DNA from: an uncultured virus (IMG/VR IMGVR_UViG_3300014656_005142) | Lineage: Duplodnaviria > Heunggongvirae > Uroviricota > Caudoviricetes | Length of the DNA stretch: 20,000 bases | Virus record (IMG/VR): IMGVR_UViG_3300014656_005142 | Reading direction: 5' to 3' (one strand) | In this document: positions 16,999 to 20,000 of the stretch, piece after piece | How positions within the stretch are numbered: the first letter of the stretch is position 1 | How the letters are laid out: each line of letters starts with the position of its first letter | Translations under genes and position numbers: made by a program | Notes under the pieces: model-generated | Databases searched by the model: none | What the model was told of the DNA's origin: nothing | The model's input: the letters and a program-made list of their open reading frames with translations, nothing else

Positions 16999-17037
16999 GA
17001 TTGCGGGTTCACGAAAATTTTCGGAGGCGATTTTTTT
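16999..17037 (+). terminator. possible intrinsic terminator or operator after sbcC
   Basis: Perfect palindrome CGAAAATTTTCG (17012-17023) inside an imperfect hairpin (GATTGC...GCGATT) that runs into a T7 tract (17031-17037). Confidence 0.45.
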
Positions 17038-17052
17038 CAATAGGAGATCAAT

Positions 17053-17778
17053 ATGGTAAGACAAAAACACAGATCTGTAGTTCAACAAAGAGAAAAGTTT
17101 ATAATTGGCTGTAAGTTTATAGATAAAGCCAGAAAAGAATATTGCAAAAACTCCTTTATATCTTTAGGTATAGATCCTTCTTTAAGTTCTACAGGATGGT
17201 CTTTAAGATCAAGCAAGGGGGGAGTTAAGTTTGGAGCTATTGTTCCTAAGTCTTGGGGATTTTCCAGGATGATCTATATAGAAAATATTATTAAGAAAAT
17301 CTTTAAAAGTTATGATCCCTTTGTAGGAATAGAAAATTATTCTTTTGGAGCTAAGTGGGGAAGAGAAAAAGCTGGAGAATTAGGAGGGGTAATAAGAAGA
17401 ACTTTATTTATCTACAAGAGACCTCTTTTGTTAATTGCTCCTCTCAGTATTAAATCTTGGGTGAAGGTTAGTCAGAAAAATCAGATTATGCTTGAGATAT
17501 TTGATCGCTATAAAGTTAAGATAAATAATGATGATGCAGCAGATGCTTTTATTTTGTCTGAAATGATAAGATCTGTTTTGTATATGGCCCATGATATCGT
17601 TGAAAGAAAATTCAGTGCCGAGGATGTGAAGGATTATCTTAAGAACGAAGAATATAAGGATACTACTCCAGAGTTAGATAAACTTTTTAAATATCAGGCG
17701 AATTCTATTTTTAATTTAATAGCTGAACATGGAAAAGAATGTGTGTTTTTTTCTAAAGCTTCTCCTGGATTCTTTTAG
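17053..17778 (+). CDS. ruvC: RuvC-like Holliday junction resolvase
   Basis: SLGIDPSLSSTGW, VGIENYSFG, GELGGV, AP..IK...K, NDDAADAF. Confidence 0.88.
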   Translation: MVRQKHRSVVQQREKFIIGCKFIDKARKEYCKNSFISLGIDPSLSSTGWSLRSSKGGVKFGAIVPKSWGFSRMIYIENIIKKIFKSYDPFVGIENYSFGAKWGREKAGELGGVIRRTLFIYKRPLLLIAPLSIKSWVKVSQKNQIMLEIFDRYKVKINNDDAADAFILSEMIRSVLYMAHDIVERKFSAEDVKDYLKNEEYKDTTPELDKLFKYQANSIFNLIAEHGKECVFFSKASPGFF

Positions 17779-17799
17779 AGTCTTAAAAAAAGATAATTA

Positions 17800-17805
17800 T
17801 ATAAT
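17800..17805 (+). promoter_or_regulatory. possible -10 element (TATAAT)
   Basis: Intergenic; shares ATATAATACA with 14820-14829. Confidence 0.35.
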
Positions 17806-17837
17806 ACAATATACAAATACGAATTCAGGAGAAATTA

Positions 17838-18344
17838 ATGGATAAAAGGATAAAGTTAATTGCAAGTAAGCTGGAATCAATATATTATCAAAAAATTAAG
17901 AAATTCGAGAATCATCCAAGCACTTTTTTTATTATCCCTTGTTATAGATATGGAAGAATGGGATTTGGAAGAAGACATATTTCTTTTTGTCATATAATAT
18001 GTGAATTTTCAGATTCGTGTGTTCTCTTTAAGAATAAAGTTTTTATTTGTCGTCATATAGGGTGTCCAGATGGAATAGAATGTTTGGAAGCCAAGGATTA
18101 TGTTCTTACTTGCAAGAAAAGAAAAGTTCTAGAAGAAAGATTAAAGTTAGAGAAATTATATAAGAAATATCTACTGACTTATAGAATTTATAGAGGATTA
18201 AAGAAAAATCCAGAAAAGACTATGAGGTATTTGATAAAAAATGGGAAAATTCCAGATGTCTTCGATGAAGAGAAAATTAAAAGAGCAGGAAGTTCAGGAA
18301 AAGGAAAAAATAAAAAGAATTCTAAAAAACAAAAAGCTTCTTAG
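17838..18344 (+). CDS. basic Cys-rich hypothetical protein
   Basis: AGGAG SD; seven Cys in the N-terminal half. Confidence 0.65.
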   Translation: MDKRIKLIASKLESIYYQKIKKFENHPSTFFIIPCYRYGRMGFGRRHISFCHIICEFSDSCVLFKNKVFICRHIGCPDGIECLEAKDYVLTCKKRKVLEERLKLEKLYKKYLLTYRIYRGLKKNPEKTMRYLIKNGKIPDVFDEEKIKRAGSSGKGKNKKNSKKQKAS

Positions 18345-18618
18345 GGTCATAAGGAGTAAATCGGGATTTGTTAAAGATGGAAGATTGTTATTTGGCAAGT
18401 ATGAAGGAAAAAGAATAACAGAATTATTAGATGGGTTTGAAACTTCTCCTTATGTAATTAACTATCTTATGGGAAGTGAAGATCTTCCTATTAAATTTAA
18501 AAAAGTCATAAAGATGATCATGGAAAACTATGATCCCTTTAATAATTCTAAAGAAGATTCAGAACCTTTTGGATTTAAAGTTAGAGAAATAGATCCTGAT
18601 GATGATATTCCCTATTAA
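18241..18618 (+). CDS. FGKYxG-motif (DUF3820/ExoX C-terminal-like) protein ending in DDDIPY
   Basis: GRLLFGKYEGKRITEL...YVINYL and C-terminal EIDPDDDIPY. Start uncertain (18241, 18256 or 18265). Confidence 0.7.
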   Translation: MGKFQMSSMKRKLKEQEVQEKEKIKRILKNKKLLRVIRSKSGFVKDGRLLFGKYEGKRITELLDGFETSPYVINYLMGSEDLPIKFKKVIKMIMENYDPFNNSKEDSEPFGFKVREIDPDDDIPY

Positions 18619-18640
18619 TTTTTTATAAGGAGAGAATAAA

Positions 18641-18865
18641 ATGAATAAAGATACTGAAAGAATAGATTGGTTACAAAAGAATCAAGGAAAAGCTTTAGTG
18701 AGTGATGATTGTGGACATTGGGCTGTTGTAGAAGATGGAATGCAAAATGTTCCTGACAATTCTCCTAATGATATTCATACTACTTTTTTTATTAAAAAGA
18801 AAGAATGGAAAAAGACTATAAGGAAAGCTATAGATTATGCTATTAAAGAAGAAAAAGGGGGATAA
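18641..18865 (+). CDS. small hypothetical phage protein
   Basis: AAGGAG SD; DTERIDWL...IRKAID pattern typical of small phage proteins. Confidence 0.7.
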   Translation: MNKDTERIDWLQKNQGKALVSDDCGHWAVVEDGMQNVPDNSPNDIHTTFFIKKKEWKKTIRKAIDYAIKEEKGG

Positions 18866-18866
18866 A

Positions 18867-19241
18867 ATGTCTAAACCCAAAGAATATCAAGACAAATGGG
18901 TCGTGTATCTTTTGGAATGTTCTGATGGAACATACTATTGTGGAGTTACAAATAATATATATTGGCGATTAGAAGAGCATAATGAAGGAGAAGGAGCAAA
19001 ATATACAAGAGGAAGAACCCCTGTTGATTTGATTGCAATATCTCCAAGAATGTCTAGATCATCCGCTCTTCAAATGGAAATCTTGGTAAAGAAACAAAAG
19101 AAAGAAAATAAAATAATACCATTTGTTTCCATTTGGAGATTAAAGATGCTTGAGATAGAAACCCTCAATGAACAGTTAGATAGATTAGGTTGTTGGAAGA
19201 TAAGAGATTTATTTAAAAATGGAAAAGTTGAATTCTTATAG
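18867..19241 (+). CDS. GIY-YIG nuclease, UPF0213 (YhbQ/YazA) type (start revised to ATG 18867)
   Basis: WVVYLLECSDGTYYCGVTNN...RLEEHNEGEGAKYTRGRTPV...RSSALQME..VKK. Confidence 0.92.
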   Translation: MSKPKEYQDKWVVYLLECSDGTYYCGVTNNIYWRLEEHNEGEGAKYTRGRTPVDLIAISPRMSRSSALQMEILVKKQKKENKIIPFVSIWRLKMLEIETLNEQLDRLGCWKIRDLFKNGKVEFL

Positions 19242-19267
19242 AAAATTAACATCATAGGAGAACAAAG

Positions 19268-19603
19268 ATGTCCAAAACCAAAGAATATAAAGCTGTAAGC
19301 AATTATCTTTTGAATACTTTGGAAGTCACTAAAGAGCTTGCTCAAACTGTTATAGAGAATAAGATAGAAAAAATGTTATCTAATAAAATAGAAGATAAGC
19401 TTAAGAGTAACTGGTTTGATTCTCTTCTCCAGATAACTCTTTTAAAAATTATGAATAGAGATGTTGAGAAAAGGTTTTCTCCTTATTCCTCTTCTTCTTT
19501 TGAAGAATTAATAGAGAATGAAATTAAGAAGACTGTAAAGAAATTTATAGAAGATACTTATTCTATAGATGTTTCTATAAGTTTGAATAAAAAGGAGCAA
19601 TAA
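19268..19603 (+). CDS. hypothetical protein
   Basis: AGGAG SD; KEYKAVSNYLLNTL N-terminus. Confidence 0.7.
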   Translation: MSKTKEYKAVSNYLLNTLEVTKELAQTVIENKIEKMLSNKIEDKLKSNWFDSLLQITLLKIMNRDVEKRFSPYSSSSFEELIENEIKKTVKKFIEDTYSIDVSISLNKKEQ

Positions 19604-19604
19604 T

Positions 19605-19847
19605 ATGATAAATATTCACTTAGATGGGGACGGTTGTTGGCCTGATTTAGCTGATAAAATGGGAACTGAGAATCTTATTGAAGTTAGAAATATAGAAATA
19701 GGAGTTCTTGGAAGAGGAATGACTTCTGGAAGAACTTCAATATCTATAAGAATAGACTTGCCAGATGGGAAAATAGTTTTATATCAAGAAAGTTTAAGAG
19801 AATTTATATTAGGTGTAGAAATTATAAAAACAAGATATGCGGAATAA
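19605..19847 (+). CDS. hypothetical protein
   Basis: AAGGAG SD; LDGDGCWPDL...GMTSGRTS..IRIDLPDG. Confidence 0.72.
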   Translation: MINIHLDGDGCWPDLADKMGTENLIEVRNIEIGVLGRGMTSGRTSISIRIDLPDGKIVLYQESLREFILGVEIIKTRYAE

Positions 19848-20000
19848 TGAAGAAAAAATGAAAGAGCTTAAAGAAACTCATATGTCTGGAATGATAACTA
19901 TAGAGAATAGAAAAGAAACAATAAGTAATGATGATGTTATCTTTGGAGATATAGGGATTCAGATTTCTGAGGATGGAAGAATATGGATTTGTATAAATGG
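19837..20000 (+). CDS. hypothetical protein, 5' part (runs off window)
   Basis: Open frame from ATG 19837 (or 19858): MRNNEEKMKELKETH...GDIGIQISEDGRIWICIN. Confidence 0.6.
   Translation, partial: MRNNEEKMKELKETHMSGMITIENRKETISNDDVIFGDIGIQISEDGRIWICIN

Noticed and set aside
18867..19241. GIY-YIG homing endonuclease or mobile element
   Set aside because: It matches the short UPF0213 (YhbQ/YazA) type with GAKYTR, lacks NUMOD DNA-binding repeats and interrupts no gene.
457..19345. All minus-strand ORFs in the track (e.g. 6306..6701, 8884..9348, 1980..2210)
   Set aside because: They are antisense shadows of well-supported + strand genes, with Ser/Phe/Leu-biased composition and no motifs.
1..20000. 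Stop-codon reassignment (alternative genetic code)
   Set aside because: Long conserved genes are uninterrupted in code 11, and TAA, TAG and TGA all end genes at sensible points next to the following start.

Overview
AT-rich (roughly 30% GC by eye), densely coding window with all credible genes on the + strand. It reads as the DNA replication, recombination and nucleotide-metabolism module of a large tailed phage using the standard genetic code, with strong GGAGG ribosome-binding sites. Order: DUF2284-like Cys-rich protein; thymidylate-synthase-superfamily enzyme with dUMP-hydroxymethylase-type motifs; family C polymerase (DnaE, metal-competent PHP domain); two tandem HIRAN-domain genes (the first cryptic, split by an insertion); FmdB zinc ribbon; double-HTH protein; YfbR/DatZ-like HD nucleotidase; HU/IHF; UvsY-like mediator; gp32-like SSB with a 4x17-aa acidic repeat and basic tip; RecA; SbcD/Mre11; a 2-kb island of small ORFs; SbcC/Rad50; RuvC-like resolvase; a small FGKY-motif protein ending in an SSB-tail mimic (DDDIPY); a GIY-YIG nuclease; and small hypotheticals. 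The best candidate for an undescribed system is a thymine-replacement (hmU) pathway served by a divergent DnaE, with paired HIRAN proteins and an SSB-tail-mimic adaptor. All family calls come from motif recognition, not database searches.
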